Shown: positions 19,698-28,573 of the stretch, one piece after another | Numbering within the stretch: the stretch's first letter is position 1 | Layout: every line of letters starts with the position of its first letter | DNA from: a virus | Taxonomy: Duplodnaviria; Caudoviricetes | Strand: one strand, 5' to 3' | Length of the DNA: 33,531 nt | Virus record (IMG/VR): IMGVR_UViG_3300025426_000076 | Location: 1 to 33,531 of that record | Made by a program: the position numbers and the translations under genes | The notes under the pieces: generated by a model | The model's input: the letters and a program-made list of their open reading frames with translations, nothing else | The model's database searches: none | What the model was told of the DNA's origin: nothing

Positions 19698-20708
19698 TCA
19701 TGCTGGCGTGAAAGAAGCAAATGCTGAAGTAATCAACTTTTGCGCTATTTGTCGAGAGCTTCCTTGAGTGTAGTTCACCTTTAAATCCCAGCCTTTTGCT
19801 TGAGCCAAAATTTGGAACTCACTCTGAGGAACCTTCTTGTCGTAAATGACGGGCATACTGCTAATTCCATACCCACCATTCAATGAAGTTTGCAGTACCT
19901 GATACTGAAAATTCATCACAGCATCATTATTCAAACCCCACATCGTGAACTTGACCTCATCGGCCACCAGCTGCGTTTGGTTCAAATACTGATCATAAGC
20001 AGGTGTCTGGCTCCAAGCATTTGTGCTTTCAATATGCGCCGTCACATAAGGAGGAGTCAAATTCAAAGGACTTAAATAGCTCGGATAAATCGGCAGCTCC
20101 GGCGTAGACAGCGACATCCAAAACGGCATACTGTTGCTGACAATTTGTGCAGACGACAGCGTATTTGAGTCTTGAATAATCTGCGTGTATTCAGTCGAAT
20201 ACAACGCACGGCCATGATAGTGCCACAAGCCAGAGCGGTCATACCGGCCAATCTGACCATTGAAAGACAAAAGTGATCCATTCGGAGCTACAGAGATATA
20301 CATCTCATTTGGAGCCACCAAAGCAAAGTTATTCACAGCTTCTTCAGCTGTAAACAAGAAATTTTGCCGAGTGTAGGTCGTTTGCTCTTCTTGGTGAATT
20401 TCTTGGAAATAGTGCAAACTTCCAAAAACCGTAAAGTTGAGTGCAGCCGTTTGGGCAGGGTTACCAGATGGCTTTTGCTTATTGTCCAAAGTGACCGTGT
20501 TGTAGGCCACATTGTTATAGATCGCATTGGTATTAGCCAATGAAGTGGCATTCACCCAAAACACATAACCATCAATTGGCAGGACAACTTTTTTATACAG
20601 TTGAAAAGTCAGAGTAGCGTTGCCACTGATGGTATTTGTGCCGAGTTGCAACCCAGCAGACAACTGCTGTGGACCCGTGGCGGCAATAGATTCAGCAATC
20701 GTCGCCAT
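19698..20708 (-). CDS. Neck / head-closure-tail-completion protein
   Basis: 336 aa in the neck position; YKKVVLPIDGYVFWV, GSLHY, SGLWHYHG. Confidence 0.55.
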   Translation of the reverse strand: MATIAESIAATGPQQLSAGLQLGTNTISGNATLTFQLYKKVVLPIDGYVFWVNATSLANTNAIYNNVAYNTVTLDNKQKPSGNPAQTAALNFTVFGSLHYFQEIHQEEQTTYTRQNFLFTAEEAVNNFALVAPNEMYISVAPNGSLLSFNGQIGRYDRSGLWHYHGRALYSTEYTQIIQDSNTLSSAQIVSNSMPFWMSLSTPELPIYPSYLSPLNLTPPYVTAHIESTNAWSQTPAYDQYLNQTQLVADEVKFTMWGLNNDAVMNFQYQVLQTSLNGGYGISSMPVIYDKKVPQSEFQILAQAKGWDLKVNYTQGSSRQIAQKLITSAFASFTPA

Positions 20709-21106
20709 TATGCGTAATCCACCGATGCACTCAGGCTATTCGCCAGAGTAAATGTGTCCAAGAAAGAATCACGGTTCTCACGAATAGAAATCCGTGTTGG
20801 AACGGGATACTTGGTTCGATCAATCGCCGAGCTATTGGCAGGACCATCGGCAAACATCCAATCTTGAAAGTTGACGGCAATCGCCACATTGGACGGCCCA
20901 AAGTCAGGCTCATCCTCTGTGAACAAAGCCAGAGCATAAGCAGCACCCAATGCAGCACTGATCTTGGCCGCATTGTCGTGTTGAAAAGCGCCAAACAAGT
21001 TGTAGTTGTCTTGAAGCTCTTGAGCCACTTCGACGACAGATTTGCCGTCTTCATAGAAAGCCGAAACAACACCAATGTTAAGCGTTGTCACTATGTCAAT
21101 CCCCAC
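20708..21106 (-). CDS. Neck region protein (start uncertain)
   Basis: ~125-132 aa between adaptor and 336-aa gene; C-terminal RDSFLDTFTLANSL resembles the 'LIDTG.L..S' motif of tail-completion proteins. Confidence 0.5.
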   Translation of the reverse strand: MGIDIVTTLNIGVVSAFYEDGKSVVEVAQELQDNYNLFGAFQHDNAAKISAALGAAYALALFTEDEPDFGPSNVAIAVNFQDWMFADGPANSSAIDRTKYPVPTRISIRENRDSFLDTFTLANSLSASVDYA

Positions 21107-21540
21107 AAAGTGCCCAAGGATTGCAGTATCGCAACAGCTTGACGGCCAAATGGGTCTTTGATCCGCTGCAAGCTGATCAGATCCATGTTCTTCAAACCAC
21201 GGCCAACAGCCAAATGCTCAGAAGTTCCAGTGTCGGACGCTTCATCCACCACGCCGGCCTCAAAGTTATTGACGCCAAATTGCTTTCTGGCCGCTTGGAA
21301 AAATACTTGGCCCGACTGATCTTGTTGATACTGGATCAACTCAGACACACCCCAGTTGTACACAGCGGCTGTGTATAAAACAGCGCTGGCGTTGCTGGCC
21401 CAAGTCGGAATCCACTCCAAAGCGAATGCAAATGCGGCTGCCCAGCCTGGGTCATTCGTGGGCATCACAGTCGTATTTATTCCCGCAACATTTTGCGCGA
21501 ACGTCTGGAAACCTGTGAGTGTAGGTGTGGTATCAGGCAT
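21091..21540 (-). CDS. Head-tail adaptor (DUF4054-like)
   Basis: Start re-assigned to MPDTTPTLTGF (ATG 21540) because the longer ORF runs through a terminator; GVVDEASD...KDPFGRQ motif. Confidence 0.65.
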   Translation of the reverse strand: MPDTTPTLTGFQTFAQNVAGINTTVMPTNDPGWAAAFAFALEWIPTWASNASAVLYTAAVYNWGVSELIQYQQDQSGQVFFQAARKQFGVNNFEAGVVDEASDTGTSEHLAVGRGLKNMDLISLQRIKDPFGRQAVAILQSLGTLWGLT

Positions 21541-21565
21541 ATTGGCTATTGTAAGCACAACCAAT

Positions 21566-21594
21566 AAAAAAGAAAGCCCCAACAAGTGGGGCTT
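21566..21594 (-). terminator. Intrinsic terminator
   Basis: Minus strand AAGCCCCA-CTTGT-TGGGGCTT then TCTTTTTT. Confidence 0.7.
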
Positions 21595-21650
21595 AAGGAT
21601 CAAACGATGGAGGCGTTCAATCTAGGAGCTACGATGGATAGCTGCCAGCA

Positions 21651-22166
21651 TTATGCCTTACGAGGACGACCACGTCGAGCCGGTTCAGCGCCACCATCTT
21701 TGACCACAGTAATTGTTTCGTTGAACTTGCCTTCGTTGGTGTCCGTTGGTCCCTTGGACTCTTCCACCACTTCAACTTCCAACGCCGCCTTTTGACGCAG
21801 ACCCAGCTCTTGCGCCCGATCCGACATCATCTTGTCAGCCACAACCGCCGTCACAGTCCGAGCTTGCAACGCACGTTCAATTTGCTCTTGCTCGTTTTGC
21901 GTGAAACCACTTTGAATTGCTTCAACACTAATCGGCTTATCCATGCGATAAACCAAACCGCCAAAACCTTTTTTGACCTTACCAACTTCCATCATTCCAT
22001 ACAAAGAATGCTGCTGAATGATTCGATCAGTTTCGTCTTGATTATGGTTCAGCTCAATTTGGCTACCAGCGCGAATGTGATGCGAAAAAGGACGCATATT
22101 CTCGGGCAGCATATAAGTGAAATGGAACTCTTGCTTAGAGCAATTGGCAATGTAAAGTTTTGGCAT
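21651..22166 (-). CDS. Hypothetical protein downstream of major capsid
   Basis: 171 aa, MPKLYIANCSKQ..., basic tail RRGRPRKA (AT-hook-like); bounded by terminators on both sides. Confidence 0.75.
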   Translation of the reverse strand: MPKLYIANCSKQEFHFTYMLPENMRPFSHHIRAGSQIELNHNQDETDRIIQQHSLYGMMEVGKVKKGFGGLVYRMDKPISVEAIQSGFTQNEQEQIERALQARTVTAVVADKMMSDRAQELGLRQKAALEVEVVEESKGPTDTNEGKFNETITVVKDGGAEPARRGRPRKA

Positions 22167-22183
22167 GATTTTTCCCTATTGGG

Positions 22184-22264
22184 TGAAGGTCAGGGGTGAT
22201 GCGCCAATCCTTTTGGGATTGGCCCCTGACCCTCATAAAAGCGCACTCCAGCATCACTTGGAGT
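22184..22264 (-). ncRNA. Candidate structured RNA (two hairpins plus a 7-bp loop-bulge pseudoknot)
   Basis: Helices ACUCCA/UGGAGU, UGAGGGUCAGGG/CCCUGACCUUCA (one G-U) and GCCAAUCC/GGAUUGGC; loop GUGAUGC is complementary to bulge GCAUCAC. Confidence 0.6.
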
Positions 22265-22280
22265 AAATATATTATGACGT

Positions 22281-22305
22281 AAAAAAAGCCCACCGAAGTG
22301 GGCTT
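22281..22305 (-). terminator. Intrinsic terminator after major capsid gene
   Basis: Minus strand AAGCCCAC-TTCG-GTGGGC-TTTTTTT (cUUCGg tetraloop). Confidence 0.9.
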
Positions 22306-22324
22306 CTTAGCTATTGATTAAAAA

Positions 22325-23350
22325 TCAATATGCAGCAGACAACACGGTCAGTGCTTCAGGACGGATACCCCAGCCAGAAGTCGAACGCATGGTGTACAGA
22401 GTGGTAATGCCGCCATCAGGGATGGGAGTAGGAATTTCGGTAGGAGCCGAAACGTCCGTCAACATCAAAGAGGTAGCAGTTTGGTTAGGCGTCAATTGAG
22501 CAAACACGTTGGTGTTGATCTTGGCGTTGGCCTTAGGAACCTTCAACTCAGGAGCGATCAACAAAATAGCGTCAGCGCCACCAGAGCCTTGGCCGATCAA
22601 GGTGTCGTCAGCAGCGAAGCTAACGTCATCACCGCCCGCCCATTTAGCCACGGTTTCCACCAAGCCAGCAGCGGTTTCAACACCAGCACCAACACGTTGG
22701 AACTGAGTCAAAGAAACTACGCCAGAGTAGGAGATTTGGCTGATGAAGCGTTGGGGAGCCAAGAACACCAAGCGCAAAGGCTGACCGATTTGCAGGGTAC
22801 GAACCTTCAAAGCGCCGATCAAGTTCAACAGGTACTGAGCCAGTTGGCCCGAATCCCAAGTGCTGTAACCAGTGTTGCCATTGGAGTCAGCGCCCAAAGA
22901 AACGGCAGTAGCGCCAGCAGTGTTGATCAAGCCTTCGCCGTTGGCAGGGTTAAAGCCATACAACAAAGCATTACGCATTTGTTGAGCAATACCTTGGCGA
23001 GCAGCCAGACGCATAGCTTCGGGCAAGCTGTAACCCCAGTGCGAGGTAGCAGCTTCGTCGAAACCATCGTACTGAGCGCGAGTCTGCATACGGTAAGTAG
23101 CAGTGCTGATCATCGAGGGGATGACCGATGCGCTAGGCAGATTGTTCACTTGCGATTGATTAGCTTGAACTTGGGTAGTCAGCTGAATCTTTTTAGCGTA
23201 AACGTACAAATCGCTTTCGCCCAAACGAGGCATTGGGTTTTCACCAGCCAAAGTGGTGAAAGCGCCAGAAGCCAAGCTGTACTGCATGATGAGTTCAGGC
23301 ATCATGTAGTGGGGGTTGGCGGTAATAAATGACGGTGCAAATCCGGACAT
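22325..23350 (-). CDS. Major capsid protein
   Basis: 341 aa after protease and decoration genes; RNALLYG...EGLIN motif; strong codon bias; strong terminator behind it. Confidence 0.85.
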   Translation of the reverse strand: MSGFAPSFITANPHYMMPELIMQYSLASGAFTTLAGENPMPRLGESDLYVYAKKIQLTTQVQANQSQVNNLPSASVIPSMISTATYRMQTRAQYDGFDEAATSHWGYSLPEAMRLAARQGIAQQMRNALLYGFNPANGEGLINTAGATAVSLGADSNGNTGYSTWDSGQLAQYLLNLIGALKVRTLQIGQPLRLVFLAPQRFISQISYSGVVSLTQFQRVGAGVETAAGLVETVAKWAGGDDVSFAADDTLIGQGSGGADAILLIAPELKVPKANAKINTNVFAQLTPNQTATSLMLTDVSAPTEIPTPIPDGGITTLYTMRSTSGWGIRPEALTVLSAAY

Positions 23351-23373
23351 GATTGTGTTCCTTCCTTAGTTAA

Positions 23374-23988
23374 TTAGATCAGGCACACAGCCAGAGCTTC
23401 AGTGTAAATCCAGTTCAAAGCGCCAGTGCCACTGTTGTAGCTGGCAGTCTTGTTACCGCTGGTGCTGATAGACAGGATACGCACAGGGAATGCGTTGGTG
23501 CTGTCGTAGGTGGTGAGCCACTGGGCAGTGAAGTCCCAAGTAACTTGCTGAGTGATCAGGCCACCGTCCAACGAAACCAATGCGGGGTTAATACGCAAAG
23601 GAATACGAGCGCCGGAGCCGAAACGGTAGAAGTTAACGCTAGAACCAGCAGCAAACTGAGGGCAGGTGCTGGTAGGAGTGATAACGCCGCCGTAGGCTTG
23701 GTTGAACACGGTGATACCAGTGCTGTTAGCCAAGTTGGTAGCCAACGCAATGGTGGAACCCAAAGTGTTGGTGCCGGGCTGGCTTGCAGCAGCAGGAATG
23801 TCTTCAGAAATTGGCAGACCTCCCCACAAAGGAGTAGAAGCCGAAGAAGAAACAATACCACCAGACAAGAAGAACTTGACTGCGGGATCGTCGAGGGCAT
23901 CACCTTGGGTGTAGCCAGCCGAGTTGGTGTTGAACAGACCAGCAGCGTTGGTCGTCAACATCGGATTGAAAGCAATAGAACCGCTCAT
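23374..23988 (-). CDS. Head decoration / cement protein
   Basis: 204 aa between protease/scaffold and capsid; PLWGGLPISE, VNFYRFGSGARI; SD GAGG. Confidence 0.7.
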   Translation of the reverse strand: MSGSIAFNPMLTTNAAGLFNTNSAGYTQGDALDDPAVKFFLSGGIVSSSASTPLWGGLPISEDIPAAASQPGTNTLGSTIALATNLANSTGITVFNQAYGGVITPTSTCPQFAAGSSVNFYRFGSGARIPLRINPALVSLDGGLITQQVTWDFTAQWLTTYDSTNAFPVRILSISTSGNKTASYNSGTGALNWIYTEALAVCLI

Positions 23989-23998
23989 GGTTTACCTC

Positions 23999-26293
23999 TT
24001 AGCGTTGGTTGTTGTTGGGCAGGTTAAAGGCGGTCACACGCATTGCTGGCAACTTGAAGTCATCCAACCATGCAGAGATAGAACCTTTGAACTTGGTGAT
24101 GGTACGACCAGCGCGATCACGCTCAGTCATTTCGACCAGTTGACCATCGGCGTAAACACCAGGCGCTTTGCTAGCAGCCAAGGCTTCAGCGTAGATTTGC
24201 TTTTCAGCAATAGCCAACATAGCGTTGTCTTTAATGGCCTTCAGGTCAACATTCTTCCAGCTGTCCGAATAGCCTTGAACGCCGCGCAACAAACGCTTGC
24301 GATAAGCCATTAGGTTTTCGCCCTTCAAAGGACGGCTAGCAGCTTTACCGAAAGCAGCCATGACGCTGTCGCAATGAGCTTGAGCATCAGCCATAGCGGC
24401 TTCTTCTTCGTCAGCTTTCATTGCTTCTTCTTCTTCGTCATCATCATCTTTTTTGGCATCGTCATCATCAGGCTTCATTTCGCCAGCGGGACCATGCACA
24501 ACAGGATTAGAACCTTCAGCGTCTTTACGCTTCTTTTTCTTCATCATGTCGTCGTCTTTTTTCTTCATGTCGTCGTCACCTTTACGAGCAACATATTTAT
24601 GCTCTTCGGCTTCTTCGTCATCATCCATTTTGGAGTCATCGTCCATCATGGATTCGTCGTCGTCTTTACGCTTTTTATCAGCGGCAGACACCAGCGGGGG
24701 AGCTGGCATATTTTCCATAGCATCCATACGCACTGAAAGTTTTTTCAGTTCGCTAAGGATGGCGCTAAATGCATCGCCTGCGGCATCTGCCTTCGGCTCA
24801 AGTTTCTCTGTCATATCAGACACCTCAGGGTTGGTTAATAAAACTCCGGCTGGTTCGCCACCTTTGTCCCACACGCCCTTTGAGCCATGCGATTTTGTGA
24901 CAATCGCAATGTGGTCCAAAAGGAATGGAGTACCTTCTATAAGCAATGGCTCCCCTGCCTCAGTGCGTAGTGTAGTATTTCCACTGAATTCGTCAAATAC
25001 TACCGCAGGGCTGGTCGAAATATCGCCTTCGCAAATTTCGGCCATTGCTTTGTCGTCATAAATCTTTGCAATACCCCACACTTCATCGCCCTTAATGTAG
25101 GGCAACATAATGGAGCCAATCGCTCGATCTTTAAATTCTTTCGTATCAAGAACAGCGCCATCGGGGTGATCCATGATCACCATCAGACCATTGCAACGGT
25201 CCACAAATTCTTGATTCAAATACAAACTCGCATCACGCCAAACGTGTTCACCAATCTTGCTGCGATAAGCCAGACCAGTACCCGTAATTCGGATGTTCAA
25301 TAAATGCATATTGCCGTAAGGCTGTGGACTAGGAAGAATGTCTTCCATCATCAGCTGGGCAATGTCTAATTCTGTTCCAGCTCCGGCCACTCGAAATGCA
25401 ACTGCTTGGCCTGGGTGAAGGGGCGCGGGGGCGTCATCTGGTCTGCACCAATCGTATCCGGTGGACTCGTAGTTGAGATGCACGGGGAACTTCTCCACAC
25501 CTCTTGCAAGAAACGTGACAAATTGCCCGTCATCATGCAATCGTTCCAGTGGGCCTTGGAAGTCGATGCCCGTTTCTTCTTTGCATTCGCGTCTTGCAGC
25601 TTGCTCATCAGATTCGCCCTCACAGAGGTGGCCCCCAGGGACGGCCCAAGTGCCAGGGTAATCGCCGCCGTTACCGCGACGAATCAACAAAATCTCTCCG
25701 TCCACGGTCACAAACATAATCCCAGCAGCCCGAGTAAACGGCCCGCCTTGAGGGTCAATCGGCGCTTTATAAGGCATTTCTGCACCCTCGTCGTCGCATT
25801 TCCATTTTCTCAAAGACTTATTAATCCTTGAGTCGGGATCATTCTTGGTTTCCTCAGATGTGAGCTTTTCTTTCATACCCTGCATCCGAGCGCAAAACGA
25901 TTCTTTCCTAGAACCACCTTCAGGCTGTGGCGCTTTCAAATGAGCATGATGCTCTTTGTTGTAAGACTCACGGCCCTTTTCATTCAAGCCGCCATTCTTG
26001 TTCTTACCCTCTTTGCGCTGCCACGCCTCAGAGTCATCCTCAGGCACACAATTAGGAACGGGCTTGCCGTCCTTTTCCTTCATGCCAACCTGCTTATAAC
26101 CACTCCAGCATGGGTCTGCATCCTCTTTTGGATGCGCCAACGCATGAAGCGGATCATCGGTAATTTCAGGCACTTCATCAGCGCCAACAAATTCTTTTCC
26201 AACAGATTGCGGAATTCCAACCTTCTTAGCGAAAGCGGGATTGTGTGCAACGCCTTGCATTAAGCGTTCTTGAGCGGGACTTACTGTTGGCAT
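23999..26293 (-). CDS. Head maturation protease/scaffold (DUF2213-like) fused to a Nudix hydrolase and small N-terminal modules
   Basis: Nudix box GHLCEGESDEQAARRECKEETGI; protease-like IRITGTG...VIMDHP...STSPAV...LDHIAIV; Asp/Lys-rich scaffold region. Confidence 0.8.
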   Translation of the reverse strand: MPTVSPAQERLMQGVAHNPAFAKKVGIPQSVGKEFVGADEVPEITDDPLHALAHPKEDADPCWSGYKQVGMKEKDGKPVPNCVPEDDSEAWQRKEGKNKNGGLNEKGRESYNKEHHAHLKAPQPEGGSRKESFCARMQGMKEKLTSEETKNDPDSRINKSLRKWKCDDEGAEMPYKAPIDPQGGPFTRAAGIMFVTVDGEILLIRRGNGGDYPGTWAVPGGHLCEGESDEQAARRECKEETGIDFQGPLERLHDDGQFVTFLARGVEKFPVHLNYESTGYDWCRPDDAPAPLHPGQAVAFRVAGAGTELDIAQLMMEDILPSPQPYGNMHLLNIRITGTGLAYRSKIGEHVWRDASLYLNQEFVDRCNGLMVIMDHPDGAVLDTKEFKDRAIGSIMLPYIKGDEVWGIAKIYDDKAMAEICEGDISTSPAVVFDEFSGNTTLRTEAGEPLLIEGTPFLLDHIAIVTKSHGSKGVWDKGGEPAGVLLTNPEVSDMTEKLEPKADAAGDAFSAILSELKKLSVRMDAMENMPAPPLVSAADKKRKDDDESMMDDDSKMDDDEEAEEHKYVARKGDDDMKKKDDDMMKKKKRKDAEGSNPVVHGPAGEMKPDDDDAKKDDDDEEEEAMKADEEEAAMADAQAHCDSVMAAFGKAASRPLKGENLMAYRKRLLRGVQGYSDSWKNVDLKAIKDNAMLAIAEKQIYAEALAASKAPGVYADGQLVEMTERDRAGRTITKFKGSISAWLDDFKLPAMRVTAFNLPNNNQR

Positions 26294-26308
26294 ATCTTAT
26301 TGTATGAC

Positions 26309-27133
26309 CTATTTTAGCTTTGTCGCAATAGATGACCGCCCTTTGGCTGTCAACATATCTTCGGGCAAATCTGATAATGAGTAAATGTATTCATAAACGC
26401 ATTTGCAGTTCGGCTCCATCCCAGGCCGCACTATGCTGTCCACATACTTCCTGCCTGACAACTTCATCAGCCGATTTTTCATCGCCCAGTTGTCACGAAT
26501 CACAAAAAACTCACCGCTCACATCAATGTGCTTGTGCTTTTCTCTGTAGTTGTACCCTGGGACCCTCCACTGCGAGTGCCACCTTGCCGCAATCGCCCGT
26601 CCCTCTACACTGAGTATTTCCTCAATCTCAGTCTGGAACTTGTGCATCTGATCACGAACAATAAACTTGCCTTCTGCGTCCACATTTGAGATAGCTTTTT
26701 GGATTTTCTTTTTCTCTTCTGCTCGGTCAAACTCTTTGATTCCTCCAGCAGGTACGCTGCTGGCCCATCCAACAAAACGCCTAACCACGGTGTCAATTGA
26801 CTCTTTGTAGTTTCGTTCAATTAAATCTGCTCCTACAAATTTTCTTAACGCCAATCGACGCAATATCTCATCCTTGGCCCGATCAAACGAACCTTTATCC
26901 ATCTTTGGATACTTTTTCAGCAAACCCTTATTCGTCACCAAATCCTTATAAACGCCGTCCAGACGCCTATACAAAATTAAGTTCATCTCTTTGGGCTGCA
27001 TAAAGCTAAAGAGTGCGGCCACAACCAAAGCCTTTTCCCAATCCTTCAACTGCTTACTCGACAGCAAGCCGTACAAGGCAATGGCTCCAACAGCCATCGC
27101 CAAGGTTTCAGAAAAAGACTTCTGTTTAGCCAT
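26309..27133 (-). CDS. Head morphogenesis protein (SPP1 gp7 / Mu gpF-like)
   Basis: Follows portal; WHS...YNYREKH...RPGMEPNCKC motif. Confidence 0.8.
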   Translation of the reverse strand: MAKQKSFSETLAMAVGAIALYGLLSSKQLKDWEKALVVAALFSFMQPKEMNLILYRRLDGVYKDLVTNKGLLKKYPKMDKGSFDRAKDEILRRLALRKFVGADLIERNYKESIDTVVRRFVGWASSVPAGGIKEFDRAEEKKKIQKAISNVDAEGKFIVRDQMHKFQTEIEEILSVEGRAIAARWHSQWRVPGYNYREKHKHIDVSGEFFVIRDNWAMKNRLMKLSGRKYVDSIVRPGMEPNCKCVYEYIYSLSDLPEDMLTAKGRSSIATKLK

Positions 27134-28554
27134 TAGGTTCCACGCGAAGGTGGTGGCAGCTTCACATCAGGCAGAGGAGCCACTGGCGGCTCATAATCCC
27201 TCAAATTATCAATATTCAACCGCAGCTCACTTGCAAACAGCTCCGGAATGTTATTGATATTGTTCTCAGCCCACTCAATCAACTTCGAGCGATTTTCAGG
27301 ATCAACCACAGGCATCAATGTTCGCAAGATCTCAGTAATGCCGTGCAACTTCGTTTCTTCGCCCTTGATTACCTCACTGTGAGGCTCTTCCATCAATGAC
27401 GGCCACTTGGCCTCAAAAGCATCCTTGCTCTCAAAGAAGAACTTCTCATAACTCACATCCGAATAAATCTCAGGGTATTCATTCTTTAGCGCTTCAAAAA
27501 AATTACGGTTCCAAGCCCTGTGCATCACAATGCGGTCAAAGAACTCAAACGCAGGGCGCATCTCATGACGCAAACCCTCAATGTATTGCACGATCTGCTT
27601 CGTATCCTCAGACCCCTCACCAAAACCCTTGGTGAAAGCCTCATCCTTCAACAGCTTGGCCGGAACATCACTCGCCGCAGCAATATTGGCAATGATGTTA
27701 TCTCTCGCCACCGTCATCGCCTTATCGGTATTATTGAGGTCAATGCTCTCAATATTCTCCTCCGGCTGAATGCTCAACACATTCCCAGTAGAAGCCTCTT
27801 GCAACAACTGACGCTTATAACCAGCGGCTTTTTCCATCAGGTTATTGATGATGGACCCAGGCTGCTGGATCTTCGCCACCAACAACCCAGCCTTCAGACT
27901 GACCAAATCGTCCACCTGCATCGACTGCACAAACGACTTCAATGGATACAAAGCCCTCAAGAAGATACTGCGGCCAGAAAAGCTCAGTGACGAACTCTGG
28001 AAATCCAAATAAATGGGCGTTCCATGAAAAACCGTCACGCTCTTGCTCGGGTGATAAGGCTGACCCGCCGCCGTGATGTATTGCAATGGCTTTTGGAAAT
28101 CCGGCGCATTGGGCGTCTGATTCGTCACCACAGAACCCGCCAGATTCAACGCATCCAGCACGTTCACATACAAATCATCAACCTCACCCAACTTCCAAAA
28201 GTCAATTGGGTCAGTCGTACTCATGTTGGGCGCATTCACCACAATCGCCCCAACACCATAAACCCGACTGATCTGGAACAAATCCCGAACGTGGTTCGTG
28301 CAGTCCAGTTGGTTCCATTCCTTGATAAAAGCCTTAACCAGCAAATCCTCAACAGGCGACCCAATGCTGATTTGCCTTGGCTTAGACAGCGCCAACCTGA
28401 CAGGCTTTTCCACAACCTTTGCGGCCAGAGGGTGGTATATCCACAAAGTTTTTGCGTCCTCATAGGACAGCTGCGCCCCTGGCTGCACATCCATATTCAG
28501 AATGTTCATCAAAGGACTCGGATACCCCGTGCCATTAATGGTTATGTTGCTCAT
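27133..28554 (-). CDS. Portal protein (DUF1073-like)
   Basis: 473 aa after terL; SRVYGVGAI, IAAASDVPAKLL...GEGSED. Confidence 0.85.
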   Translation of the reverse strand: MSNITINGTGYPSPLMNILNMDVQPGAQLSYEDAKTLWIYHPLAAKVVEKPVRLALSKPRQISIGSPVEDLLVKAFIKEWNQLDCTNHVRDLFQISRVYGVGAIVVNAPNMSTTDPIDFWKLGEVDDLYVNVLDALNLAGSVVTNQTPNAPDFQKPLQYITAAGQPYHPSKSVTVFHGTPIYLDFQSSSLSFSGRSIFLRALYPLKSFVQSMQVDDLVSLKAGLLVAKIQQPGSIINNLMEKAAGYKRQLLQEASTGNVLSIQPEENIESIDLNNTDKAMTVARDNIIANIAAASDVPAKLLKDEAFTKGFGEGSEDTKQIVQYIEGLRHEMRPAFEFFDRIVMHRAWNRNFFEALKNEYPEIYSDVSYEKFFFESKDAFEAKWPSLMEEPHSEVIKGEETKLHGITEILRTLMPVVDPENRSKLIEWAENNINNIPELFASELRLNIDNLRDYEPPVAPLPDVKLPPPSRGT

Positions 28555-28573
28555 ATCATTCCTTGCTCGACAA

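Noticed and set aside
22481-23332. 283-aa plus-strand ORF opposite the capsid gene (and similar antisense ORFs across the late region)
   Set aside because: Shadow ORFs expected from biased codon usage; no SD, no recognisable motifs.
27133-28554. Anti-CBASS Acb1 label sometimes attached to DUF1073 proteins
   Set aside because: Position and size are those of a plain portal, and I see no appended HxT/HxS phosphoesterase domain.
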